From Deltaproteobacteria bacterium (GTDB lineage Bacteria; Desulfobacterota; Deferrimicrobia; Deferrimicrobiales; Deferrimicrobiaceae), in assembly GCA_037439645.1 (NCBI GenBank), contig JBBIVQ010000005.1, forward strand, positions 10,368-74,367: DNA of 64,000 nucleotides, written 5' to 3'. A program made the position numbers and the translations under genes. Below the pieces are notes generated by a model, which made no database searches, was not told the origin of the DNA, and worked only from the letters and a program-made list of their open reading frames with translations. Of this stretch, positions 21,319 to 30,050 are shown one piece after another. Position 1 is the first letter of the stretch. Each line of letters begins with the position of its first letter.

Positions 21319-21846
21319 CTATTCGCTTTCGCCGGACAGCGCCTGGAGGATCGTGCGGCAGAAGGCCGGCAGATCCTCCGGCTTCCGGGACGTGACCAGG
21401 TTGCCGTCCCGGACGACTTCGCGGTCTTCGTAGATCGCACCCGCGTTCACCAGGTCGTCCTTGATGGCGAAAAAGCAGGTCGCCTTCCGTCCTCGCAGCA
21501 CGTCCGCCGAAACCAGCATCCACCCGCCGTGGCAGATCGCCGCCGCCACCTTTCCTCTCGCGAACACGCCGCGGACCAGGTCCACCATCGCCTTGTGACG
21601 CCGCATCCGGTCGGGCGCGTAGCCCCCGGGGACGATCACCGCGTCGAAGTCGGAGGCATTCACTTTCCCGGCCACCGCATCGGGAGTGACCGGGTATCCG
21701 TGCTTGGAGACGTACCCCGCCGCGCCACCCCCCACGATGGTCACCTTCGCGCCCGCTTCGCGGAACCGGTACACGGGGTACCACAACTCGAGATCCTCGT
21801 AGAGATCTTCCGCCAGTACGGCGATGTGTTTCGATTTCAGGTTCAT
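21319..21846 (-). CDS. PfpI/DJ-1 family (type 1 glutamine amidotransferase-like) protease/deglycase
   Basis: YEDLELWYP, PGGYAPD, AICHG, VTSRKPEDL. Confidence 0.93.
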   Translation of the reverse strand: MNLKSKHIAVLAEDLYEDLELWYPVYRFREAGAKVTIVGGGAAGYVSKHGYPVTPDAVAGKVNASDFDAVIVPGGYAPDRMRRHKAMVDLVRGVFARGKVAAAICHGGWMLVSADVLRGRKATCFFAIKDDLVNAGAIYEDREVVRDGNLVTSRKPEDLPAFCRTILQALSGESE

Positions 21847-21972
21847 CGTTTTCCTCCTCCGGACCGGGTCAGGCGGTTTTTTCCGAGTAATCCATCATCC
21901 CCTGGAAATCGACGAGGACGACCGTAACGTTGGATGCCGGAACGGTTCGCAAGGTGGCGATCTCCGAACGGA

Positions 21973-23085
21973 TCATACCCGGCCGGTCCGTGTGCCGGAT
22001 GGGGCCGGTTCCACCACCGCTCCATCGGGGGTGTCCCTCACCCACCACCCGGAAGCGAGGATCCGTCGACGAAGGGCGTCCGCCATGGCCCACTCTTTCC
22101 GCGCCCGTGCTTCCTCCCTTTCCCCGATGAGGCGGAGCGTTTCGGGGGGCACCTCGGAATTCCCGGGAAAGCCACGCGCGTCGGGTACCGGGTTGGAGAG
22201 GGCCGCCGCCGCGGCCTCCCATACGTCGGCAGCCACATCGCCCCTCCCTGAAGCCCGCCGGAAGGGGCCCAATTCCGGGAGGGGAAAGGTTTGCGGGGCG
22301 ATGTAAACCGACTCCCGCCCGGAGCGGATCAATGTTACGCTTCCCGCCCCGAAGACCTCCGCCCGATCCGCCGACGGGTCGATCACCAGGGCCGTGTTCT
22401 CGTCAACCCCGACGATCGTCCGATCCCCTTCGATGAGGCCGCGCAAAACTTCGAACCGTTCCCGCCCCATGTAGCACCGGCTCGTATCGAGTTCCCTTCC
22501 TCCGTCGGCGTTGTTCCAATGGGGGACGAGGACGAGGGAGAGACCGTGCCGACCCATCAGGTCGAGACCGGGTTCCCAGCGCGCGTCCTCTCCGACCTTG
22601 AAGATCTCGTACACGGGAAGCGCCAGCGCCCCCGCGGCGATCATCGCCGCGCTGGCGAGGATGGTCGTGCCGCCGAGCAGGTGCCGCGCCGTCACGCCGT
22701 GCCAGGCCAGGCTTCCGCGGAGCTGGCGTACGGCGTAGGTGGGACTTCCCGGTCCGAGAAACACAAGGTCCGACCGCAGCACCCTTTCCAGCAGCGCGGG
22801 ATCGTCGGGGCTGAAGGCGGTCCCCCGCCGGCGAGCGGGAAGCGATTCGACGACGGGTGAATACGCTGCCAGGCTTCGACGGAGGAATTCGACGACCCGA
22901 CCCGCTACCCGCGCAGAGTTCGGCTCGAAACCCGCCGGGGTCTCCAGCACGGCGACTCGCGGTGAAACCGGCCGCCCCATCCGGCGCACAAGCGTTTCGT
23001 AGACGCGGCCTCCCACCGGCGATATCTCGCCCGAGCCGAAGAGAACCACCGGACCCGGACCCGGGCGGTTCGACAAGGTTTTCAT
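21973..23085 (-). CDS. Peptidase S51/cyanophycinase-like domain fused to a CysRS C-terminal anticodon-binding-like domain
   Basis: GSGE, GPGSPTY, ASAA nucleophile elbow, PHWNN, GVDENTA; C-terminus REEARARKEWAMADALRRRILASGWWVRDTPDG. Confidence 0.8.
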   Translation of the reverse strand: MKTLSNRPGPGPVVLFGSGEISPVGGRVYETLVRRMGRPVSPRVAVLETPAGFEPNSARVAGRVVEFLRRSLAAYSPVVESLPARRRGTAFSPDDPALLERVLRSDLVFLGPGSPTYAVRQLRGSLAWHGVTARHLLGGTTILASAAMIAAGALALPVYEIFKVGEDARWEPGLDLMGRHGLSLVLVPHWNNADGGRELDTSRCYMGRERFEVLRGLIEGDRTIVGVDENTALVIDPSADRAEVFGAGSVTLIRSGRESVYIAPQTFPLPELGPFRRASGRGDVAADVWEAAAAALSNPVPDARGFPGNSEVPPETLRLIGEREEARARKEWAMADALRRRILASGWWVRDTPDGAVVEPAPSGTRTGRV

Positions 23086-23154
23086 CCGGCATCCTTCCGC
23101 TTCGGTCGAATCGCGGGAATCGGACCGGTTCGTCCCTGCGGGATGACGTGGAAC

Positions 23155-23667
23155 TCAGAGCTTGCGCAGTGCCGCTTCCCGTTTCCGGTCCTTCTTCTTC
23201 GCCTTGTGTCCCTCCCCTTTTTTCGCCCCGTGCCGTGCCGACGGATCCTCGTCGGTGGATCCTTTTACGGATTCGTACAGGAACCCGAAGATCCGGTCAC
23301 CGAAGTCGTCGCACGAGACCACGGTTACGGAGCGGGAGGAGAGCGTTCCTGCAAGGCCCCGGTCGGAGGTGACGACCACCGTGCCGGACGGTGCGTTTCC
23401 GGCCATTTCGCGGATCACGTCGTCGGCCGATTCGAAGGCGCGGGAGAAGAGAGCCGTTCCCCCCTTGAACGCGGACCGGTTCCGTTCCCGCGCTCCTGCT
23501 CCCTGCCCGTCGAAGATGACGGTCAGGTGGAACCCCTTTTTCCCGGCATAGTCCGCAAGGATCGCGCACATCTCCTTCCGCCCGGCGTCCGACACGGGAT
23601 CTTCCTCGAGCGGAAGCGCGCCGGAACGGGCGAGGTTGTACCCGTCGACGAGAAGGTGAGCGCCCAT
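23155..23667 (-). CDS. NYN domain ribonuclease (YacP/Rae1-like)
   Basis: LVDGYNL, VIFDG, SADDVI, VVTSD. Confidence 0.88.
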   Translation of the reverse strand: MGAHLLVDGYNLARSGALPLEEDPVSDAGRKEMCAILADYAGKKGFHLTVIFDGQGAGARERNRSAFKGGTALFSRAFESADDVIREMAGNAPSGTVVVTSDRGLAGTLSSRSVTVVSCDDFGDRIFGFLYESVKGSTDEDPSARHGAKKGEGHKAKKKDRKREAALRKL

Positions 23668-23955
23668 TCAACCCCCCATGCCTTCTTCCACTTCCCGCCA
23701 TGCATCTCAGAGTATCTTACATTGCAGTGTGTCGTGTTCCGACATGTTCTTCATGGAATGGTTCCTGTCGGGACGAACCTCCTTTCCGTCGGGATCCGGT
23801 GCCGTTCCCTTCGTGCGTGCACCTTGTTCCTCATGACGGATGAAGTCTCCCCCGGACTGTTTTCGAGGGAATGCCGACTCTCGGGAGTTTCCACCCACCG
23901 TTTCTCCGGAGCATTCACCCGGGGGACCCGTCACATGGGTGTGTCGGGGAGGAGG

Positions 23956-23984
23956 TTGACGCCGGAAACCCCTTGCAGTAGGAT
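23956..23984 (+). promoter_or_regulatory. Sigma70 promoter of the tRNA
   Basis: TTGACG-17 bp-TAGGAT, ending 16 bp upstream of the tRNA start. Confidence 0.7.
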
Positions 23985-24000
23985 ACTTTTCCTCACGGAC

Positions 24001-24077
24001 GCGCCCTAGGGCGCGTCCGATAGAGCACTTGACTACGAATCAAGTGGCCAGAGGTTCGAATCCTCTAGGGCGCGCCA
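24001..24077 (+). tRNA. tRNA-Arg(ACG) with a disrupted D-stem (possible pseudo-tRNA or assembly artefact)
   Basis: Acceptor gcgccct/agggcgc-gcca, anticodon arm cttga-ctACGaa-tcaag, T-arm agagg-ttcgaat-cctct; positions about 8-18 are non-canonical. Confidence 0.85.
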
Positions 24078-24100
24078 TTCTCCCGTTTCCGCGGCATTGC

Positions 24101-24240
24101 GAGGATTCGAAGCGAGCCCGCCGCCGACCGATGAGGGAGGAAAAGCCGGCATGGATGCCGGCGTCAGGCGGGGGAGGGGAGGCTACGCAGCCGGAGCCAG
24201 GATGGCGGAGGCGTAGTAGCCGAATCCTCTAGGCGCGCCA
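24101..24240 (+). repeat. tRNA-linked structured element ending in a duplicate of the tRNA 3' end (att-like)
   Basis: cgaatcctctag(g)gcgcgcca at 24057-24077 recurs at 24221-24240; gaggattcg (24101) pairs with cgaatcctc (24221); internal hairpin gccggcatggatgccggc. Confidence 0.7.
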
Positions 24241-24355
24241 CTTTTTCCTTTTATAATCAACATCTTAGGTAGCGCCATTTTGGCGCTCCGCCCTTGGCGA
24301 TCTGTCCGGTTGCGCGGGGGTTGCGGTTTTTGCCGAACTTTTTTCCCGATCCAGA

Positions 24356-25747
24356 TCATCGGTGTGTGCTCTCTCCCTCCGCAAGGACCACCTTTTCCCG
24401 TTTCGCCAGGTCGAGCATCGCGGGGGTGAAGCCGCTGCGGCTGAACAGGACGAACCGTTCGTTTCTCTTGCCGGCGTGCCAATCCACCAGTTCCGATTTC
24501 CTGCGAAGGTCCTGGTATACGTCCGTTCCGACCTTTCTGTTGCTCCACTTGCACTCCCCGAACCAGATGGCGCGGGATTCCTCGTCGAGCGCAACCAGAT
24601 CGATCTCTTCGTTCTTCGCCCACCAGCGGCCGAGGGAGGTGACCGGTACGTTCTCCCGTCTGGCCATGTCAAGGAAGATCTCCCGGGAGATCGATTCGTA
24701 AGCATTGCCTACGTGCTGGTCGAATGTGGCCTCGATTTGCTTGAGGACGTAACCCTCGTTGCCGAGTTCCAATCTTCCCCGGTTCGGGAGGACGTACTTG
24801 AACCAAAAAGCGAAGAAGCGGTCGTGCAGTCGGTACAGGCCGAGTCGGCTCTTGTCGGGAGACTTCTCGGTGACGGGAACCTCCTTCTCGACAAACCCCA
24901 GACTCCTCAGAATGTCGAGGTAACGGGAGAGGTGTGCCTTGTCGAATCCCGTGTCGTTCATGATCTCGGAGAGCTTTCTCTTTCCTTGGGAGATGGCCCG
25001 GAGGATGACATAGTAATCCCGTGGTTCACGGAGTTCCTCACGCAGAAGGAATTCCACCTCGTTGTAGAGGAAGGTGTTCCGGGCAAGGATCAGCTCGGAG
25101 ATGTTTCGGAAGACGCTCTCGTGCGGCCGGACCTGCTCCAGGTAGGCCGGGACGGACCCGAAGGAGGAGTAGATGGCCGCGCGTTTTTTCAGGTCCGCCT
25201 CGGGGAAGAATTCCTTCAAGGCGCTGAATTTGAGCTCCTCGACCTTCAGGGAACCGGTCCGGCGGCCGTAAAGGGGAGCTTTCGAGAACAGGACTTCGCG
25301 CTCCATCATCCCGACGCTTGACCCGAGCAGTATCAGGAACAGCTTTGTGTCCTTCAGGTGCGTGTCGATTCCTTTTTGGAAAATGGAAGAGATTGCCCGG
25401 GCGGCACTCACAAGGTAGGGGAATTCATCGATGACGAGTACCAGGCGGGCCTTCGCGCTCTTTTCCCGGATGTAGCGGAAGAACTGCTCCCAGTCCCGGA
25501 AGCCCCCTTCGATCAGGATCCTGTCCTTGAAATATTCCCCGACGCATCTACCGAGGTTTTTCAGTTGCTCCACCTCGGCGACGGTATCCGCAAGGAAATA
25601 GGCGGCCGGCTTGTTCTGGATGAACTCACGGACGAGCCGGGTTTTGCCCACCCGGCGCCTGCCGTAGAGGGGGATGAACCGGAAAGACGGCTGTTCGAAT
25701 TCCCGCTCCAGGAACCCGAGTTCCTCCTGTCTGTCGACGAACCGCAT
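24356..25747 (-). CDS. AAA ATPase (archaeal-type) with wHTH and C-terminal DUF234 PD-(D/E)XK domain
   Basis: MRFVDRQEEL, YGRRRVGKT, IDEFPYL, PLYGRRT, EIDLVALD...GECKW. Confidence 0.9.
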   Translation of the reverse strand: MRFVDRQEELGFLEREFEQPSFRFIPLYGRRRVGKTRLVREFIQNKPAAYFLADTVAEVEQLKNLGRCVGEYFKDRILIEGGFRDWEQFFRYIREKSAKARLVLVIDEFPYLVSAARAISSIFQKGIDTHLKDTKLFLILLGSSVGMMEREVLFSKAPLYGRRTGSLKVEELKFSALKEFFPEADLKKRAAIYSSFGSVPAYLEQVRPHESVFRNISELILARNTFLYNEVEFLLREELREPRDYYVILRAISQGKRKLSEIMNDTGFDKAHLSRYLDILRSLGFVEKEVPVTEKSPDKSRLGLYRLHDRFFAFWFKYVLPNRGRLELGNEGYVLKQIEATFDQHVGNAYESISREIFLDMARRENVPVTSLGRWWAKNEEIDLVALDEESRAIWFGECKWSNRKVGTDVYQDLRRKSELVDWHAGKRNERFVLFSRSGFTPAMLDLAKREKVVLAEGESTHR

Positions 25748-25918
25748 GGCTTCCTCCGATAAGGTGTCGATATGGATTGCGGTATGTATAATCCTGTTTA
25801 GTCTAAACATGATTATACTGATCCAGCGCGATCCTGCAATGGGTTGTTCGGGGTGAATTGCGCATGGTATGGCATAAGTTCGACAATATCGAACTATTAC
25901 CATGTATTGTCTATTTTG

Positions 25919-26113
25919 TTATTGGGCGGGGATGGCTATTTCTCTATTGGTATCAATGGCTTCCACATTGTGGGCGTCCACGTTCCACCCCGGGTCGTCG
26001 AGGGCGTTGACCGCCTTCCGGTTCGCGCCGGGGATCAGGTGTCCGTAGGTGTCCACGGTGATCTGGATGGAGTGGTGCCCGAGCTGCTCCTTGACGTAGA
26101 CCAGGGATTCTCC
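25919..26113 (-). pseudogene. Tyrosine recombinase/integrase C-terminal remnant
   Basis: Frame absent from the ORF track translates GESLVYVKEQLGHHSIQITVDTYGHLIPG (LGH...Y catalytic box); no N-terminus. Confidence 0.85.
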
Positions 26114-26370
26114 GTGGAACGTTTTTCCGAAACGTACTCCTGTCGTTTTTGTTCGGCGAGCTGGGCTGCCTCATAATTGGCAACGGGTTTTCCCTTTTCA
26201 GCAAGTTCCTTCGCGATGATATCGGCGTTTACGAACGGCAAACCGCTTGGCGCAATGAACAGTTCATGAAACGTGGTCTTGCCGGCGCCGTTCGGCCCAG
26301 CCAGCACGACCAGAACGGGTTTTTTGTCCGATCCGGATGTCAGGAGTTTGCGCAGGGCCGGGACGATCAT
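26114..26370 (-). pseudogene. Zeta-toxin/AAA P-loop protein, C-terminally truncated
   Basis: LAGPNGAGKTT, FVNADIIA; breaks at about 26114 into the integrase fragment. Confidence 0.75.
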
Positions 26371-26798
26371 CGAGCGGCACGAACCGGAGTTGGGGCGAAC
26401 ACTCCGTCCTTGACCCGTCCGGAAGCCCTGGTTCCGTCAGGCATTATACGGATCACCTTCCCTGGATGGGCCGGGTCGGCTTCGTACACGGGGACGCCGG
26501 GGGCGAGGATCTTTGCTTTCACTGCATCGCGGTCCGGGGTCAGCATGATCTGCGTCACCGTGGAGACGATTTTTGACTCGACACTTTGGGCGCTGACCTG
26601 CTTGAGAAAGAACGGAAGATTTTCCTTGAGAACCTTGACCTCTGCGTTCCCGAGGATTGCTTCCGCGGCCTGTCCGATCTTTACCCAATGCTCGACTTGG
26701 CCCGCCATGGACCGGTCCGATACCTGCGCCTCGCTCCTTACGTCACGGATGACCACCTGATCGGAAAGCTTTACCACCATCTGTTTTCCCGTCTGCAT
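26367..26798 (-). CDS. ParD-like antitoxin
   Basis: VKLSD...RSMAGQVEHWVKIGQAAE signature; stop overlaps the zeta-toxin start. Confidence 0.75.
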   Translation of the reverse strand: MQTGKQMVVKLSDQVVIRDVRSEAQVSDRSMAGQVEHWVKIGQAAEAILGNAEVKVLKENLPFFLKQVSAQSVESKIVSTVTQIMLTPDRDAVKAKILAPGVPVYEADPAHPGKVIRIMPDGTRASGRVKDGVFAPTPVRAAR

Positions 26799-26988
26799 GA
26801 CACCCCCCCATGGGCGAGATTCGATTGAGCATCGAAGGTAACTAAATGCTACCATGCATTCTCAGTCGCAGCAAGGGGGGAGGAGCAGAAATGTACCCAG
26901 ACGGCAGGATTGGTCCAAATCGTAAACGATAAAAAGCCTCCTTTTGAACTTGTATTCAGCAGGGATTCCCGGAAGGTGGAGTTATCGG

Positions 26989-27005
26989 GCGACAGGAACT
27001 GTCGC
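26989..27005. promoter_or_regulatory. Inverted repeat, candidate WYL-regulator operator
   Basis: GCGACAG-gaa-CTGTCGC, perfect 7-bp arms upstream of the ARPP-1/WYL genes. Confidence 0.5.
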
Positions 27006-27027
27006 ATCGGTCCCGTATGCTCTTCAC

Positions 27028-27264
27028 ATGAAGACGGGTGACCAAGTGGTTATCACCCTGGTGTGCTTGGGGTGCCGCACGGAGCGGAGCATGCGGATCC
27101 CCCGCGAGCGTGGGATCACGCCCGGCAAGTACCTCTGGGAATGCTTCGCGTGGCAGGAGAAGCGGTACGGGGTATTGGGCAGCGGCTGTAAGAGGGATCC
27201 CGGAGTGGATCGGGCGCGTCCCGGCGGCCACGGGCAACCGGAAAACGGACAGGAGGAAGGATGA
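27028..27264 (+). CDS. Small hypothetical protein with CxxC (possible zinc ribbon)
   Basis: TLVCLGC; stop overlaps the next ATG (ATGA). Confidence 0.35.
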   Translation: MKTGDQVVITLVCLGCRTERSMRIPRERGITPGKYLWECFAWQEKRYGVLGSGCKRDPGVDRARPGGHGQPENGQEEG

Positions 27265-28205
27265 CCACGGAAAATCGCATGACCACGCTGGCGGACCTTA
27301 CGATCGGCAACCCGAAGACGGTTCTGAACCTGACGGCGGTCCCTCTCTCGGGGAATCCTGCCTCCACGCTCGACTACCTGCTGATCGACGAGGCCCTCGA
27401 GACGAAGAAGGTGATCGTCGAGGAGGTGAGCGAGGGCGGGTCGGTCCCGGAGCTGCGGATGACGAACTTCGCGAACCGGTGCGTCCTGATCGTCGACGGC
27501 ACGGAGCTGGTCGGCGCCAAGCAGAACCGGATCGTCAACGCGTCGTTCCTCATCCCGCAGGAGTCGGTCACGAGGATCCCCGTCTCCTGCGTGGAGCAGG
27601 GGCGATGGGGGTACAAGGGGCGGGAGTTCGGCGCGAGCAAGCACTTCTCGCCGCACAGGATCCGGCGGGACAACGCCGAGTTCCACAAGACCACCCTCAA
27701 GCAGAATCGCGGCTACGCCACCGAGCAGGGGAAGGTCTGGGAGCACGTGGCGAACATGTCCCACGAGATGGCAGCGCCCACGATGACCGGCGCAATGAAC
27801 GACGTCCTCGAGCAGCGGGAGGGCTCCATCGAGGAGTACCGGAAGGGGATCTCCCTGGACGGGGCCGGGACCGGGGCAGCCTTCTTCGTCAACGGGATCT
27901 TCCAGGGGATCGAGCTGTTCGACCGGGAGGCGACGTTCGCGAAGATGTTCCCCAAGCTCCTCTCCGGGGTCGCCGTGGAGGCGATGATGGCGCAGGGGCA
28001 AAAGCTTTCCGCCCGCCGGGCCAAGACCCCGGAAGAAACCATGAAGTACGTAAGTCGGATCCTGGCCGAGGTGTCGAAGTCGCTCTTCGAGAAGTTCGAG
28101 CCGGTGGGGATGGGCGAGGATTGGCGGTACGACGGGAAGCGATCGTTCGGGAAGGCGCTTCACTACGGCGCGGACCTCATTCACTTCTCTGCGTTCGGGA
28201 AATAA
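27261..28205 (+). CDS. ARPP-1 (DUF6569) family protein
   Basis: YLLIDEAL..V.EVSEGGSVPEL..N..VLIVDGTELVGAKQNR..IPVSCVEQGRW, QGKVW. Confidence 0.8.
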   Translation: MTTENRMTTLADLTIGNPKTVLNLTAVPLSGNPASTLDYLLIDEALETKKVIVEEVSEGGSVPELRMTNFANRCVLIVDGTELVGAKQNRIVNASFLIPQESVTRIPVSCVEQGRWGYKGREFGASKHFSPHRIRRDNAEFHKTTLKQNRGYATEQGKVWEHVANMSHEMAAPTMTGAMNDVLEQREGSIEEYRKGISLDGAGTGAAFFVNGIFQGIELFDREATFAKMFPKLLSGVAVEAMMAQGQKLSARRAKTPEETMKYVSRILAEVSKSLFEKFEPVGMGEDWRYDGKRSFGKALHYGADLIHFSAFGK

Positions 28206-28219
28206 TCAGAGGGAAACAG

Positions 28220-28249
28220 GGGAGTGGGCCGTGAAATCGGCCCACTCCC
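28220..28249 (+). terminator. Hairpin after the ARPP-1 gene
   Basis: gggagtgggccg-tgaaat-cggcccactccc, 12-bp perfect stem. Confidence 0.6.
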
Positions 28250-28319
28250 GGTTGATTCGGAAATAGAATGGGGGTCTACGGCTTCCGGGGGCCGAAGTCT
28301 CGCGCCATGGAGGAACAGG

Positions 28320-29270
28320 ATGGCGAAGGGGATTCCTCGTCCGATGAACAAGCCCGCCATGATGGATTGGGCGCTGCGGCTTCTGCGGTTGCTCAACGAA
28401 AAGAAAGTCCTCACCTCCCGGGTCGTGGCGGAGGCGTTCGACGTCAACATCCGCACCGCGCAGCGATACCTCCTGTACCTCTCCGACCTGCCGTGCGTGG
28501 TGGTCGACGAGGAGAAGCACACCTACACGCTCACCTCGGACTACATCATCACCGACAAGATCCTGAACACCTCCGAGATGGCCCTGGTGTGCGCCCTGAT
28601 CGACTACGCCACCCACATCTTCGGAAAGGAGCACTCGAAGTTCCTGGCGGGGCTGAAAAACAGGATCTTCCGGATGCCGGACGTCTACCAGATCGTCAAG
28701 GACGATGCGATCGACATGGAGAAGGTGGCCGGCGTCCAGTTGGCGCTGGAGCGGCACATCAAGAGCCGGGAGGTGATCTCCTTCCTCTACCGGCGTTCCG
28801 GGAAGCGGTACACGGTGGAGCCGTGCAAGATTCTCTACCACGGCGGGTTCTGGTACGTGGTGGCGATGCACGACGGGATCGTGAAGAAGTTCCTCCTCGA
28901 CGTCATCGAGGGAATCCGCGCCACGGGGCGGGCTTGCGGGGAGATCCCGGAGTCCGTCCGGAAGACGTTGTCGGATGCACAGAGTATCTGGTTCCAGGAC
29001 AAGGCGCCGGACCGGGTGACGGTGGAGTTCGACGCGGAGGTTGCCCACTTCTTCGAACGGAAGAGCATTTTCCCCCGCCAGGAGATCGTACGGAAAGGGA
29101 AGGACGGGAAGATCGTCGTCTCCTTCGACGTCCACAACGACATGGACTTCCGGGAGCACATCGCCCGCTGGATGCCGTATTTCAGGGTACAATCCCCCGA
29201 TTTTTACCGAGAATATTTCTGTAGGGTAACCCGTGAGGCTCTAGACAAGAACGTTTCAAGGGTAAATTGA
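28320..29270 (+). CDS. WYL domain transcriptional regulator (HTH-WYL-WCX)
   Basis: N-terminal HTH (AEAFDVNIRTAQRYL), VEPCKILYHGGFWYVVA, KFLLDVI, C-terminal WCX-like domain. Confidence 0.88.
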   Translation: MAKGIPRPMNKPAMMDWALRLLRLLNEKKVLTSRVVAEAFDVNIRTAQRYLLYLSDLPCVVVDEEKHTYTLTSDYIITDKILNTSEMALVCALIDYATHIFGKEHSKFLAGLKNRIFRMPDVYQIVKDDAIDMEKVAGVQLALERHIKSREVISFLYRRSGKRYTVEPCKILYHGGFWYVVAMHDGIVKKFLLDVIEGIRATGRACGEIPESVRKTLSDAQSIWFQDKAPDRVTVEFDAEVAHFFERKSIFPRQEIVRKGKDGKIVVSFDVHNDMDFREHIARWMPYFRVQSPDFYREYFCRVTREALDKNVSRVN

Positions 29271-29296
29271 GAATATAGGTTTGTCGCCGAGGGCCC

Positions 29297-29340
29297 ATGA
29301 TCCTCACCATTCATCGCGGATCGAAGCAGATCGGAGGGCA
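29297..29340 (+). pseudogene. First residues of an MBL-fold/beta-CASP metallohydrolase (remnant)
   Basis: MILTIHRGSKQIGG resembles the N-terminus of RNase J-like MBL proteins; the rest is missing. Confidence 0.45.
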
Positions 29341-29342
29341 TC

Positions 29343-29921
29343 GTGAGGAGAAGCGTCGAGGTGCCGGTGGGATTCCAGCTCCGGATCGAATTGAGGGAGG
29401 TCCTGCCGCCGGTCTGGCGGCGCTTCCTGGTCCCCGGGTCGATCACCCTCCCCGGCCTCCATCGCGTGATACAGGATGTCATGGGGTGGGAAAACAGCCA
29501 TCTCCACCTCTTCCGATTCGGAAAGAAGGAGTACGGGATTCCCGATCCCGAGTACCCCTCGGAGATGCGGAACGAACGGGGCAGGCGCCTGCGGGAATTT
29601 CTCCGCGACGAGGGGGAGACGTTCGGGTACCAGTACGACTTCGGCGACAACTGGGAGCATGACGTCGTTGTCGAGCGGATCGTGACCGGCGCCGAGGTGA
29701 CGGAGGCTACGTGCTTGGAGGGGGAGAGGGCTTGCCCGCCGGAGGATGTCGGAAGTCCCTCCGGGTACATGGAGTATCTGGAAGCCTTGAAGGATCCTTC
29801 CCATCCGGACCACCAGCAGATGGTGGAGTGGAGGGGTCCCTCGTTCGACCCCGAGCGGTTCGACCCGGGAAGGATCAACCGGCGGTTGTCCCTATTGTCC
29901 CGAAGGCGTCGGCGGGCGTAG
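29343..29921 (+). CDS. Plasmid pRiA4b ORF-3 family protein
   Basis: PPVWRRF, LHRVIQDVMGWENSHLHLF, YDFGDNWEH, CPPEDVG. Confidence 0.92.
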   Translation: MRRSVEVPVGFQLRIELREVLPPVWRRFLVPGSITLPGLHRVIQDVMGWENSHLHLFRFGKKEYGIPDPEYPSEMRNERGRRLREFLRDEGETFGYQYDFGDNWEHDVVVERIVTGAEVTEATCLEGERACPPEDVGSPSGYMEYLEALKDPSHPDHQQMVEWRGPSFDPERFDPGRINRRLSLLSRRRRRA

Positions 29922-30050
29922 ATGCCGGGCTACATGACAATAACGTCAAGTAAGGGAATTTAGTTAAGTTACCCATTCGATATCCCGCCTACTGTCAACG
30001 AAATGTCAACTAATGTCAAATGGCATTTAGAGAGTCTGAAAAGATATCGG

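Noticed and set aside
23670-23940. Short ORFs between the NYN gene and the tRNA promoter
   Set aside because: No recognisable family or convincing coding signal
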